From: Tubulanus polymorphus
Lineage: Eukaryota; Animalia; Nemertea
DNA: 64,000 nucleotides
Reading direction: 5' to 3'
NCBI RefSeq assembly: GCF_964204645.1
Contig: NC_134026.1
Span: forward strand, 25,268,150-25,332,149
Part shown: positions 39,906-52,313 of the stretch, piece after piece
Position numbering within the stretch: position 1 is the stretch's first letter
Layout of the letters: the number at the start of each line of letters is the position of its first letter
The notes under the pieces: model-generated
What the model saw: the letters and a program-made list of their open reading frames with translations, nothing else
Databases searched by the model: none
What the model was told of the DNA's origin: nothing
Made by a program: the position numbers and the translations under genes

Positions 39906-40936
39906 CCATTGTTGTGATACCTATGATAAACAAATCTAAGATTGTTTTCTTTCTTTAGAACTAAGTGCAGAATTATCAAATTCAAAATTCAAACTTACCA
40001 ATTAAATTTTTCGTTCCAACCTGTAGTTGATTTATTCAGGGGCTTCTCGATCTACTACGGTTTAGGTTTCAGCTGCGGAGTTGAACATGAAATATAAAAA
40101 AGAAAGTAATTAAGATACAGTTAACACTATCTGTTACCGAAACTGATGGAGAGAACATCTAAAAGATGAAATAAGCTCACATTGCTGTCACTGTTCCTGA
40201 TGTCACTTCACTTCTTTTATGTACACATCTACAAACGAAAACAGAAACTATCAAAACGAGACTGAATAAAAACAGAATGAATTCACACAGAAATCAAAAC
40301 CAATTGACATTTGAAGAACCATTTCCAGGGCTAAGGCAAGGGGGCAAGGGGCGATTGCCCCGGCCCAAGTTTGGAAAAGTGCCATTTTTGCAAACATTGT
40401 TATATACTATTACTGCCTGGCCTCAAAATTGTAATGCTAGGTATGGCCCTAATTCAGAACAAATTACAACCAGCGGAAGCTGAGAGACTGTATGTCAGCT
40501 CTAGAAGTTTCGGACCCGCTAGATTAACAGGATCCCATTCTTGCTTCGCTTGACTGACTGACATGACGACATAGTCGACATCGTGTGCGCCTGCTCTGAA
40601 AATGGTTACCCGCGCAATATCTGAGATGAAATATTTTCAGCCACTTACCGAATATTAAAATACTGATTTTTGGGGTCTGAAATGAGGGTTTTTGAAACTA
40701 GGTGGTGAGGTTTTTGCTGTTCAATGCCGAGCATGCCATTTTGATATTGCGTCGTAGTGTTTCAGATTGCCGCGCAGCGCATGTCAATATGTATAATGTC
40801 GCTATTATTAGTATGCGAATTAGTCGAGGTCGAATCCCTGGCACAGGATTCGGCCTGTCACGAACGGTTCTGAGGCCTGAGGGAAAACGAGTTCTCGAAT
40901 GTGGTTTTACATCTCAAGAAAACGAACCACTTTGAA

Positions 40937-41146
40937 TGAAACTTTCGGAACATATGTATTCTAGTGACCCTTTCCCGACTGAAAAAAATCGGGACCTTGG
41001 AATTTCGGCTAGTTTGTTGATTTTCCGACTAAAGCTGCCCGACTAACCCCCGGCGGTATAGAGAGTAGGTGGGAGGGGGGGGGGTGTTTTACGTATGTAT
41101 TGAGATGTACATTGAGAAAACCTGGTGGTAGGCGGGTGGCGGTATA
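40937..41146 (+). repeat. Second copy of the composite repeat at 28491-28708
   Basis: Direct sequence match, with an internal deletion in the MITE part. Confidence 0.75.
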
Positions 41147-41482
41147 TTATTATTCGAGGTAAACTTATTATCAAAGCTAAATCAGACTCGAGAGCTATTT
41201 ACAACGACATTTATATAGTAAATAAATTTAAAGATACCTTATATAAAAAGAAATGTTTATCACTTGTCGTCAGAATCCACAAACTCGCCATCTTTCAGAT
41301 AAATCGCAAACAGTTTCATTCGCCGGGTGTCGTGACCCGATGAGCTTTTTAGTCATTGGACATTGAGTCCGCTCCATGAGTCCGAGAAGAAATTCAATTT
41401 AATATATTCCTGTAATTTTCATGTCTTAAACTAGAATTTGCTGATAAATATTTGTATTTTTGCATAATCTTTGAGCATCAAA

Positions 41483-44400
41483 ATGAATATCTACGACCAG
41501 GTGAAAGTATTATACGATGCCGGTCTATACGATGACCTCAAAATGACGGTAAGTTGATGAAGACAATGGATTTATAATTTAGTCTTTATATATTATTACT
41601 TATTAGTTGGAGTTTGGACAATAATTTGAACAAAATCAAAACTGGCTCCAGTTACGGGGGAGGAATCTGCACTATATCTACATATACGCATGAATGATCA
41701 ACTAGCCTAACGTTACTACGTTAGTAGTGTCGATTCTTTCTTATTTTTACTGTCTGATTTTTAAATCAAGAAATTTACACACTCTCTATGTATGTTTGTT
41801 CTTTAATAAATGAAAAAGCAGCTACTACCAGCCCAGACAACTGTTTGGGCACTTCATTTGGTTTTGATATGATAATGATTTTTTGACAAATGTACACTTT
41901 CTTTTTTTGCAGTGTGGTTTGGTTTTGACAATGAGTGAACATAACACTGAGTTACTGACTGTTTCACAAAAATACCAGATAACTGTATTTTATGGAAACT
42001 CCTTGTTTCACCAGCGCGAGTATAAATTAGCAGAGGTATACATCGATCTAAATTGATATTCAAATCTTTAAATGATTAAGTCATCAATACATTATTAAAT
42101 GTCATGAAACTATGATTCTGACAACTGTTCCATTTTTTCAGGTGGCTTTCAGGAAGGCCTTACATTTAAAGAAACTGATAAATAAAACTAAAGGCAAAGG
42201 TTCTCAACCAGTAAGTTACCACTTCTTTTGAAATACTCCCTCCCTTATGTATACAGCCCACTGGTATTACAATTATTGATATTTCTCAATTTTGTCATTT
42301 TACATTTTAGCTGGAAGTATTTCCTGACGTAGATGTCAAATATAAGTTGTACCGATGTTACATGCATTTTAAACAGTACAGAGATGCCATTAGCGTAGTA
42401 CGTACATATTTCAAATCCTCCACTCCAACATAATGTATTAACCCTGTCTCCAAATCATGTATCGTCATCATTTTTGGTTCTATTTAGCTTGAAGGAATCA
42501 GTAGTCGACAGAGAACTGCTAAGATAAATAAAGCTCTCGGACAACTCTATCAGAAAACTGGAAATGACCGTTCTGCAATCACATGCTTTAAAGAGGTCCT
42601 TAGGTACGTAATGCCATCAGTTTGCTGTCACTATCAGCTTCTTACAATCTTACAAGTGTCATTATTTCCCATTTGGAATTTTCTAGGGAATGTCCACTGT
42701 CACTTGAGGCTGTAAAAGGATTACTTTCATTGGGAGTGAAAGCAAGTGAAGCTATTTCGTTGATTTCTGCAGGTACCAGTGCCTTGGGCAGCGCTGAGTG
42801 GTAAGATATAGTGGTTTATAAGTCTTATAACCAATTAGACTTCTGCTACAAATTGGCATTAGTGACTTCAAAATATTTGCCGTTTAGAAAATCATTTGAA
42901 CTGTCAGGCATGTCTGACATATTACCTTATGAAAAACTAATAAGTAATAATTGTGATTTTTAGGCTTCAGTCATGGATTAAAGGTCAAGCATTTATATCT
43001 AGTAGGGAATATGGGAGTGCTATTGCTTGTTATTCATTACTCGATGCCAAGGTAATCATGAAATTACCATTATTGAGTTCGGGTATATCACTCGGGCATT
43101 GTAAACAGCTTATTTAATCATTTTCAGAGTCCATTGCGGGATAATGTTAATATTTTATGTAACCTCGGAGAAGCACACTTACTTAATGGCGACTATAATG
43201 CTGCTAAACTTGTTTTACAACGGGTATGGATGAACAACTTTATAAAACTCTTCTGTATACATTCCGTATACCATTCTATTGACTATCATCTGATTGATAC
43301 CGGTATTTTATAGGCTCACGCCTTGGAACCATTGCAACTAAGAAAGATGGACATGTTAGCCGGAATCTTAGCCAAAGACAAAGAAGTGAAAGAATTAGAA
43401 AAGTTAGTCAGATGAGAACACATGTAACAAGTCACAGAATATTCAATGATGGCATGCCATGTAATTCTTAAGTTGTAATTAATTTTAGTTTATCGAGCCA
43501 TCTGATAGCTGTGAATGATCAAGCCCCAGAACCCTGGATTGCCCTTGGGTTCTTCTGTATGGCAACACGAAAAACCACCAGAGCTGTGTATTTTGCCCAA
43601 AAAGTATGTCACAATTGTGCCTGAAATTTCAATTTCACTAGTCTAAGCTAACTTAACAGCCTAAGCTGACTTAATTTTTAAGGCTTTCACACTGGATAAT
43701 AGCAATGAACAAGCTCTGTTGCTCAAGGGACATGGATTACTCGAACTCAAAAGGACACAGGAAGCAATTTTACATTTCCGTGAAGCTCTTAAATTAACTC
43801 CATACAGATACGAGGTCCATAAAGGTATCATTTCGTATAATGTGTATTTATTTGAATTTTCTATTTGTATCTGACTGTGTTATTAATTACAATTTAAGGT
43901 TTAGTCGAATCGTATGTATCTTGTTTCCGGGTTAGAGAAGCAATCACTTATGCTGCAAATGCATTGAAACAACTGGGAACTTCTGCTCGGTCGCTGACTG
44001 TAGGTTTTCTGTTAGTTTCTTGTTTTTTTGTCAGTTTTAACACTCAATTATGCGTATCATACCCCTTTTGCAGCTCTATGCATCTGTTTTGGCTAAGGAA
44101 CAGACAACTGTTGAAAAAGCAAAAACTTACCTAGAGAAAGCAATGAGATTGGATCCCACATATTTGGAAGCTGTATACGTGATGGCCGATATACTTTCCA
44201 CACAACAACAATGTGATGCTGGTATTGCGCTGTAAGTACAGGAAATACATGATTCTGAACTCAATCTTTCCAGTTTTCACATGTTTTAAGGTATTCATTT
44301 CAGTTTAAGAAAGCAGTTACGCATGCAGAGTACATGTAACTTGCATTTGATGCTTGGAAACTTTTTAACACAGACGAATGAACATCAAGAGGCCCTAGAT

Positions 44401-44763
44401 CAATACAGTATCGCTTTAAGGTATGTTTTTGGCTATAAAATATTTGAAAACTTACTGTCAAAAGGTTAGTCCTCCGGGCTACCGGTAATTCAGATTGGTT
44501 TCTTATTAAAACAGTTTGGATCCGAACAATGCGCAGGCAAAGGATGGAATTGAGAAAGTGGAAAAAAGATGCGACATGGCAATGGAAAACACTTATGACA
44601 TGGAAATAGAAGACTTAAGTGAGAATGAGGTATCACTGCATTAGAAACACTCTTTAACTCTTTTCTTTTCGTTCATGTAATATTTGAACAATTTATTATT
44701 GTATTCTAGGATGCATTAGACAGGAGTGATGTTGATAGCGCATGGTCAGATACTGATCTCTGA
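41483..44763 (+). CDS. ANAPC7: Anaphase-promoting complex subunit 7 (TPR protein), 16 exons
   Basis: Spliced translation MNIYDQVK.../CGLVLTMSEHNTELLTVSQKYQ.../LEGISSRQRTAKIN.../ECPLSLEAVKGLLSLGVK.../EQALLLKG...EAILHFREA.../EKAKTYLEKAMRLDPTY.../QEALDQYSIAL.LDPNN.../AWSDTDL* follows human APC7 from memory end to end. GT-AG introns, mostly 70-110 bp. AATAAA near 44965. Confidence 0.95.
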
Positions 44764-45262
44764 TTTGATAGCTAACTGTGATAAAAAACACCATGCCAAG
44801 AGAGCAACGTTTGATAGTTTTACGAGATACACTTCAGACGACACACTTCAGTTTCAAACAGTTCATGTACTGTACAACAACCTATATTAATTCTGCTCCA
44901 TTCTTGACGGAAGTGTAAAGTTTATGTTGTACAGTTATATTTTCATTGTAAATGTCAGTTTGTAAATAAAGAATTATTAGTATGCATTTAGATATTGAAT
45001 TCATTTAGTGCTACTGCCATCCATCCATCTATCCATGGACCTCCTAGGACTTCACACGGTCCTGGAAGTGGTTGTTTCCACAGTGATCTCTGTCACTGCG
45101 ATCCTCGTGTAACCATCCGTGGTACATAATCAGAGACTAAGGTTTTTGGTGACATAAATCAGGATGACAATAACTTGATATTTCATTTTACAATATTTTA
45201 TTATAAACTATTCACTCGCAAACTACACAGTTCAATATTACAACAAATACGTTCATCTATTC

Positions 45263-45743
45263 TTAACTGCCATTTTCCTCGATAACTATCTTCGGCTGCT
45301 GGTACAACTGACTTATAACCACCTGAAATTAAAAGTAAGGGTACAACAATCTGTGCATCAATTACAATCGTAAAATAAAACGGTTTATCTCTAATCTACC
45401 TGTCTTTTGATGACTGCAAAATTTTCTTGGGCAATATTGTAAAGTTTAGCAATCTCCGCTGGGTCCGTTTTAGCTTTGTGTTCTTTAAAACCATCTCGAG
45501 TGCGTCTTAGTGCATATTCCCTTCAAAGAAAGAATAATGTTTTAGCTGAATTAAGACTTTATTTAGTTTAAACTAAAAGTTAAAAGATAGAGGAGATCCG
45601 CACACCCAACAAACAGACCTTTTTCGAAGATTTATATCCCTACCGATTGGGATAGCTTACCTGTAATTGTATCCTGTAAACTTTTTACTCTCTCGCATCA
45701 TCGCTCTATATAGCTGTAGGATACTTATTCTGGACACAGACAT
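45263..45743 (-). CDS. LYRM4: LYR motif protein 4 / ISD11 (NFS1 partner in Fe-S biogenesis), 3 exons, 87 aa
   Basis: Exons 45743-45661, 45520-45400 and 45322-45263: [43 protein letters not shown]...IKRQVVISQLY...KIVIEENGS*. LYR, YNYR.YA.RR.RD.F and RQ..I.QLY are ISD11 hallmarks. Confidence 0.95.
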
Positions 45744-45994
45744 TATAGACTATCGTGAAGTGAGCCTGTTATTCCAGCCTCGTATTCAGATATAGTGTGT
45801 ACACACTGTATAGCTGCCTGTAGATACTGGTTGACATGAAATGTATAACTTAACACTTTGACCGGACGAAACGACGATCATTCAATAAAGTCACCGGGGC
45901 AGAAGAGTGATCAATAATTGTTTTATATAATTAAAATGTGTAGTGATTTTCGTAAATTTCATAGATTTTCATCGAAATGTATTTTACATCAATT

Positions 45995-48280
45995 ATGCCT
46001 GTTAAAATTCAAATATGTCTATAAAAGTAAAACAAGGCTACCTGAAAATTAATTTCTCTATTCTTCGAGTTGATTTAAAGCAGATGTCTTCATTTGTTCA
46101 TAGTAAAAAATACGCAATATTTCAACGCACGATTGCATCATGGCTCAACATGTTAACATTAAAATTCAAAATCAAATTTCTCTAAAACTAAAACCTCAGG
46201 GTTCCTGAAAATTAAGTATATTATTAAGGAAACTCTATTCTTTAAGTTGATTTAGGCAGATGTCTGTGCATTGATTTGATCATAGTAAAAAAACGCGTCA
46301 TTTCAATACACGATTGCATTATTGCGTGAAATTTAAAAAGTTAAAATTCATAATGAGATTTCTCTGAAACTCTGAAACCTGAGACTTCCTTAAAATTAAG
46401 TATATTAATAAGCACACTCTGATGTAAAGTTGATGTAAAGCAGATGTCTGTGCATTGGTTTGATTATAGTAAAAAATGCGTCATTTCAATATACGATAGC
46501 ATCGTGGCACGATATTCAAAAATTAAAATTAAAAATCAAATTTCTCTTAAACTCAAACCTGAGGATAATTAAGTATATTAACTCTAGTCTTTAAGTTGAT
46601 TCAAGGCAGATGTCTGTGCATTGATTTGTTCATAGTAAAAAAAACGCGTCATTTCAATACACGATTGCATCATTGCGCGATATTCAGAAATTTAAATTTC
46701 AAAAAATAAAATTCCATTAAACTAAAACCTGAGGCTTTCTGAAAATCGAGAATATTATAAAGGAAACTCTATTCTTTAAGGCAGATGTCTGTGCAATGAT
46801 TTGATCATAGTAAAAAATGCAATATTTCAATACACGACTGCATCAAGGCGCAGTATTTAAAAATTAAAATTCAAAATCAAATTTCTCTAAAACTAAAACC
46901 TGAGGCTTTCTGAAAATCCAGTATAATATTCAGGAAACTATTCTTTAAGTTTATTTAAGGCAGATGTCTGTGCATTGATTTGATCATAGTAAAAAAAAAC
47001 GCGTCATTTCAATACGCGATTGCATCATTGCGCGATATTTAAAAAGTTAAAATTCAAAATCAAATTCCTCTTAAACTAAAACCTGAGGCTTTCTGAAAAT
47101 CCAGTATAATATTCAGGAAACTCTATTCTTTAAGTTGATTTAAGGCAGATGTCTGTGCATTGATTTGATCATAGTAAAAAAACGCGTCATTTCAATACAC
47201 GATTGCATCATTGCGCGATATTTAAAAAGTTAAAATTCAAAATCAAATTCCTCTTAAACTAAAACCTGAGGCTTTCTGAAAATCCAGTATAATATTCAGG
47301 AAACTCTATTCTTTAAGTTGATTTAAGGCAGATGTCTGTGCATTGATTTGATCATACTAAAAAAACGCGTCATTTCAATACACGATTGCATCATGGCGCG
47401 ATATTCAGAAATTTAAATTTCAAGATTAAATTTCTCTAAAACTAAAACCTGAGGGTTCCTGAAAATTAAGTATATTAATAAGCAAACTCTATTCTTTAAG
47501 TTGATTCAAGGCAGATGTCTGTGCATTGATTTTATCATAGTATAAAAACGCGTCATTTCAATACACAATTGCATCATGGCACGATATTTAAAAAGTTAAA
47601 ATTCAAAATCAAATTTCTCTAAAACTAAAACCTGAGGCTTTCTGAAAATCCAGTATAATATTCAGGAAACTCTATTCTTTAAGTTGATTCAAGGCAGATG
47701 TCTGTGCATTGATTTGATCATAGTAAAAAAACGCGTCATTTCAATACACGATTGCATCATTGCACGATATTTAAAAAGTTAAAATTCAAAATCAAGTTTC
47801 TCTAAAACTAAAACCTGAGGCTTTCTGAAAATCCAGTATAATATTCAGGAAACTCTATTCTTTAAGTTGATTCAAGGCAGATGTCTGTGCATTGATTTGA
47901 TCATAGTAAAAAAACGCGTCATTTCAATACACAATTGCATCATGGCACGATATTTAAAAAGTTAAAATTCAAAATCAAATTTCTCTAAAACAAAAACCTG
48001 AGGCTTTCTGAAAATCCAGTATAATATTCAGGAAACTCTATTCTTTAAGTTGATTCAAGGCAGATGTCTGTGCATTGATTTGATCATAGTAAAAAAACGC
48101 GTCATTTCAATACACGATTGCATCATGGCACGATATTTAAAAAGTTAAAATTCAAAATCAAGTTTCTCTAAAACTAAAACCTGAGGCTTTCTGAAAATCC
48201 AGTATAATATTCAGGAAACTCTATTCTTTAAGTTGATTCAAGGCAGATGTCTGTGCATTGATTTGATCATAGTAAAAAAC
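45995..48280 (+). repeat. 183-bp tandem satellite, ~12-13 units (left array)
   Basis: gcagatgtctgtg at 47145, 47328, 47511, 47694 and 47877 (spacing 183). Outer units are degenerate. Confidence 0.97.
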
Positions 48281-48454
48281 TATACACTTAAAGGAGGTGC
48301 CGCCCCAAAATGTATGTGGGAGTCTCCGAGTAATTTCATTCGCCTGAAATGAAACTCTTCCAGTAGTTGGTAGGCTACTGTAAACCTACAGTCAAATTCC
48401 CTTACAGTGTGTATTGTGTATCGATGGTGTATCTAACTATCCTCTATGAAATAA

Positions 48455-48680
48455 CATGTATTCTAACTATGAACAAATCAATTCTTTATCACTTTAGAGA
48501 GGATAGGCTCAACAAAGTCCATTTTTCAAAAAGCTTCAGGTTTTAGTTTGAGAGAAAATTTTAGTTGAATCTCTAAATTTTGAATATTGCCGAAAGATGC
48601 ATTTGTGTATTGAAATAATACAACAGATTATTGCACCGACATCATTAATTTTCAAGAAACCTCAGGTTTTACTTATAGAA
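48455..48680 (-). repeat. Degenerate inverted remnants of the 183-bp unit
   Basis: actatgaacaaatcaa, tcaggttttagtttgagagaaa and gtgtattgaaata motifs in the opposite orientation to the adjacent array. Confidence 0.6.
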
Positions 48681-50760
48681 CAACATGCGCTTGACGTTTT
48701 AAGTAAAGGAAATTGGAACAACGCAACGCTATGTAATTATGTTATGCAATACTAAAGTGTATATCCACGATGAAGAAAAATCAATCCACTTTTAGTATAT
48801 CAATTTTAACAAAAATAGCGTTACCAACAAGATTATCGGTTGATGTTGGCAGCTTGGTGTTGCTGTAGGCTTGTCCATGGTTACATAATGTCCAATCATG
48901 GGCTTTAATACTCGTATTGGATGGAGTCAAAGATTGTTAAGACTGTGGTTACTGAGGTACCTCTCGCTGTTTTCTTCCTAGTTTTGCTTATTTGCTCCGT
49001 CACTAATCATGGGTGATGTAACATGTACCCAGTTCTTTTACTGTCCCCGGCGAAGCTATCTGACGCAACTGGAAATTTAATTTTAGTTTCAATCGAAATA
49101 GTAAAGTAAGATTATGAACTCAACGCAATGAGCTTGATTGCTCTTAGCTCAGAGCTATTCGGCGGGGCTATAATTGGCAAAATACTGTCATCTCATCGGA
49201 AAGCCATCTCAACGTTGCCATATGATCCGTCTACAGCTCTGGTCATGATCTAACGCCGCTTTTTTACGTCCCTTCGTATTAGCGTCCATTGGTCCATGGT
49301 CTTACAACAAGGGGTACCGTAGAAACCACAAAAATCTGTGAATTATATGATAAAACACATATTAGTAGAATCAAGGAGTATAATCTAGTTTATGACGTCC
49401 ATTGTAGAATAAACGGATATTCAATAAAGAGTTGATATATACGTATAGATAGATACCGATAATTACTATGTGGAAAATTTCACCCAGTATGAAAGTGAAT
49501 GCTGTATAAGTTAAATTTCTCCCGTTTATATTTAGGCCTATAGGGCCGATTCCACTATGTGTCTGCATTTTTTAAAGTATAAATAACGAGTTCTTATGTC
49601 AAATTGGTGATAAAATGGGATTAGCAACCTCACTTTCAGGCTTATGTTCTTTGATGCGCTGACTAAAGATCACATTTTTATACTTTCTGAACAGCTTCTG
49701 CTAATGAGTAGTGAGAAAACATTCCCTCGGTAAAAATCCCGTAAATCATATGATAATTTCTTCGAATAAGGGGTTGTTGGAATTCATAGAATAAGTGAAC
49801 TCTTAATTTGTAACATTTTTCAATTAGAACTGGAACATCGTCGAACGGTGGACTATTTTTACTTTGTGTTACATTTCACTGAGCGATGCGAAAAAAAAGA
49901 AATTTGAAATAATGCACTTAATATTTTAAACATTTTAAATTCAAGCAAGTGTCATTTTAACTGTGCGGTGACCTGTTTCAAACTTGCGATATGTTCGAGC
50001 TGTGCGATAACTTTGAGAATGTAGTATAAAGTAATTGGTATGTTGATGGTATCCTTATGTACACCGTACAATAAAATATAGATACATTGAATAAATAAAT
50101 ATGACTAAATCCGCCTTATAGTTATTGTTTCATACTCCGTTCAAAAGGTAGAGGATTTTTACCTAACTTAGAATAAGGGGCCTTTACCGCTAACCCTGCT
50201 AATGTACTGTGAGTGTATGCTTTTTTCTTTACTGGAAATTGCACCTGACCGTGGCTGTGTAGCCGGTCAGTGTGTAGTCAGTAGCCGGTTTTGCTTCCAT
50301 ATTTTATCACATTATATTCGATTGCGAAACTTTTTTATTTATCAACATTACACGGATTAGAGTGATTCTAAAATGAGTAATTCTAAAAATACGCGAAACA
50401 GAATCATCATTCATTTTGAATATTAGATAACCCCGTTGCCATGTGATGTAATAGTTTCCAGTTAGGCGTCATTTTGAGGTGGTCCCACAGGTACCGTTGT
50501 TGGATAGATTTATTTATTTTTTTAAGTAAAACCTTTGGCACGATTTATTGTCGTCCATCCCCCCTCTGACACCAAAATTATCGTTTGAAAGGCGACAATT
50601 TCTATTTTCTGGCGCCTGTAACTGGAAACTTCCCTATTTGAAAAGCAGCACGGTACATAATCAGTGTCCAAAACAGTTAATGAAATAATCTAGACTGCAG
50701 TTATTCTGTCATCATACATTTGTCTCGCTAAATGGTATTTATATATTTACTACTAGCTTA

Positions 50761-50984
50761 AGCCTAAAAAAATTGATACCTTGTTTCCCCGCTCTGCTGA
50801 GCTTAGAAGTTGACCCGGCCGGCCGCCTATCTACCCTATACATTACTTTTTTTTTAAAAAATCGTGATCAATTTTACCATAACAAACCCAGCAGCTCTAG
50901 AAATGAACTGTTTACTAATTTTATCAAATTTTACAAAAATTGACCCGGCCGCTGCGGAGAAACAAGGCATCATTTTTGTTTACT
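50761..50984. mobile_element. MITE nested in the large element
   Basis: Imperfect TIR tgataccttgtttccccgc / gcggagaaacaaggcatca; related copy at 14674-14755. Confidence 0.6.
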
Positions 50985-51320
50985 CGAGGAACAAGGACGG
51001 GTTTATCATGATTGAATTTGAGTTGATTATTTTTTTTCTCGTGTGGAAACCATGGATATGTTTTCATCTCGACATTGTACCCATATTCAACTTGACTTGA
51101 TTTGGGTGGTCGGTTACATATATTATGCTTTAGTCGAAGTAAATGATAGGAAAAACTTTATCGCGAGCCAGGTAATTTGTATCAACTAACAAATCAAAAT
51201 AGGCTCTGAAAACAGATAGCTATAAGTGTGTAAAAAGTTACGATAATCTTCTGCCCAGTCACTCTCTTTTGCGGATGCATCCATATCACATAGTTTGAAT
51301 CTAATTCAGACGAAGAATCA

Positions 51321-51644
51321 TCATGTAAAGACTGTAATATGATGTACATCGGCGAAACGGGACGTAATCTTAGTCAGCGTATTAAAGAACACAACTTAGA
51401 TATCCGCAACCAAAAGCCTGAGAGTGGAATAGCAAATCATGTCTTTACAACTAATCACCAATTTGACTTTCAGAATTCGAAACTTATTTATCCTTGTAAA
51501 GATATTAATAAGAGACACATAGTGGAATCAGCCCTAATATGTAAACTTTCGAAATCCAATTTATCTACTAATTTAAATACTGGTTTTTCTCCACATAACC
51601 AATTATTATCCAGACACATCAATTCTTTATTAGATTTGGGTTAA
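51321..51644 (+). pseudogene. 5'-truncated Penelope-like element GIY-YIG endonuclease C-terminus
   Basis: SCKDCNMMYIGETGRNLSQRIKEH...SGIANHV...NHQFDF...KRHIVES...NLNTG shows the CxxC, YIGET.R...R..EH and ES...N pattern. No upstream RT. Confidence 0.88.
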
Positions 51645-51859
51645 TGTCACTATGTGTCACTCTGTTATCGCCACCCTCTTCAGTCCACTTCACTTAGTTA
51701 CATAATTTGTTTTTACTCTGAACTGTTTAGAATTGCTGTGGTTTCCACGGTACCCCTTGGTGTTTTATTGCTTGGTCTGTTTATCTTTAGTTTTGACACA
51801 CTGCTTCTATTTTAGATCCTGTGAGTTTATATGCTTTGTAACTTGTTTTTCTGGTCATT

Positions 51860-51901
51860 CCACCTGATGATGGCTGTTAGTCAACAGCCGAAACGTTGTG
51901 G
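51860..51901 (+). ncRNA. Minimal type I hammerhead ribozyme in the Penelope pseudo-LTR
   Basis: ccac CTGATGA t ggctgtt-agtc-aacagcc GAAAC GTT gtgg, followed by AATAAA near 51910. Confidence 0.85.
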
Positions 51902-52030
51902 TTTCGTAATAATAAATTTGATCGTATAATTTTAAATTCGAAGTGTGAGATTTCTTCATTTATCATCGCTGATATTTATAATGAATTTGTCAACCAAATC
52001 ATTTGCATTATAAACTGACTTGTGTAATAT

Positions 52031-52062
52031 CAGGGAGGTGGGAGTGAACTCCCACCTCCCTG
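52031..52062. mobile_element. 32-bp TIR-only relic with 7-bp TSD
   Basis: cagggaggtgggagt-ga-actcccacctccctg (perfect 15-bp stem) flanked by gtaatat on both sides (52024-52030, 52063-52069). Confidence 0.7.
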
Positions 52063-52305
52063 GTAATATTAAAGAACTGAGTGGTTGGAGATGCAAGTTA
52101 TGTGTGTGTAGTTATTCACTCTTGGTGGACGCTGGGCTGCAGTGGGTCAGCACATCTGTGATGGATCATTTGTGTAGCAGCTATCTGACAGCTCACAGCA
52201 GTAGCTGCTCTTTGATGTGGAGAAAAAGCCGCACGTCAACTCATTATGAATAGACTTCACATCGTGTTTGTCTTTGTGTTTGTTTTGATCATTGCACGCA
52301 GTGGG

Positions 52306-52313
52306 TGACGTCA
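52306..52313. promoter_or_regulatory. Palindromic CRE (TGACGTCA) in a CpG-rich patch ~850 bp upstream of the SGNH gene
   Basis: Motif match only. Confidence 0.3.

Larger units (their letters stand above)
31250..40932 (-). ncRNA. Putative multi-exon spliced lncRNA (or fully decayed gene) running outward through the left arm
   Basis: Minus-strand donors (plus-strand cttac/ctcac/ttac) at ~40648, 39998, 34313, 33955, 33517, 33305, 32927, 32382, 32208, 31440 and 31262, paired with pyrimidine-rich acceptors. The 34041-33957 exon has stops in all three frames. No expression evidence. Confidence 0.45.
34135..40932. repeat. Left arm of large inverted duplication
   Basis: Collinear reverse complement of 58994-64000 apart from indels. 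34135 pairs with 64000, so the true outer limit is not visible. Confidence 0.95.

Noticed and set aside
45995-48280. Regular array as a CRISPR candidate
   Set aside because: Whole 183-bp units repeat with no unique spacers; eukaryotic context and no cas genes.
48288-48430. ttaaagg-type (Kolobok-like) element end truncating the left array
   Set aside because: No matching opposite terminus found.
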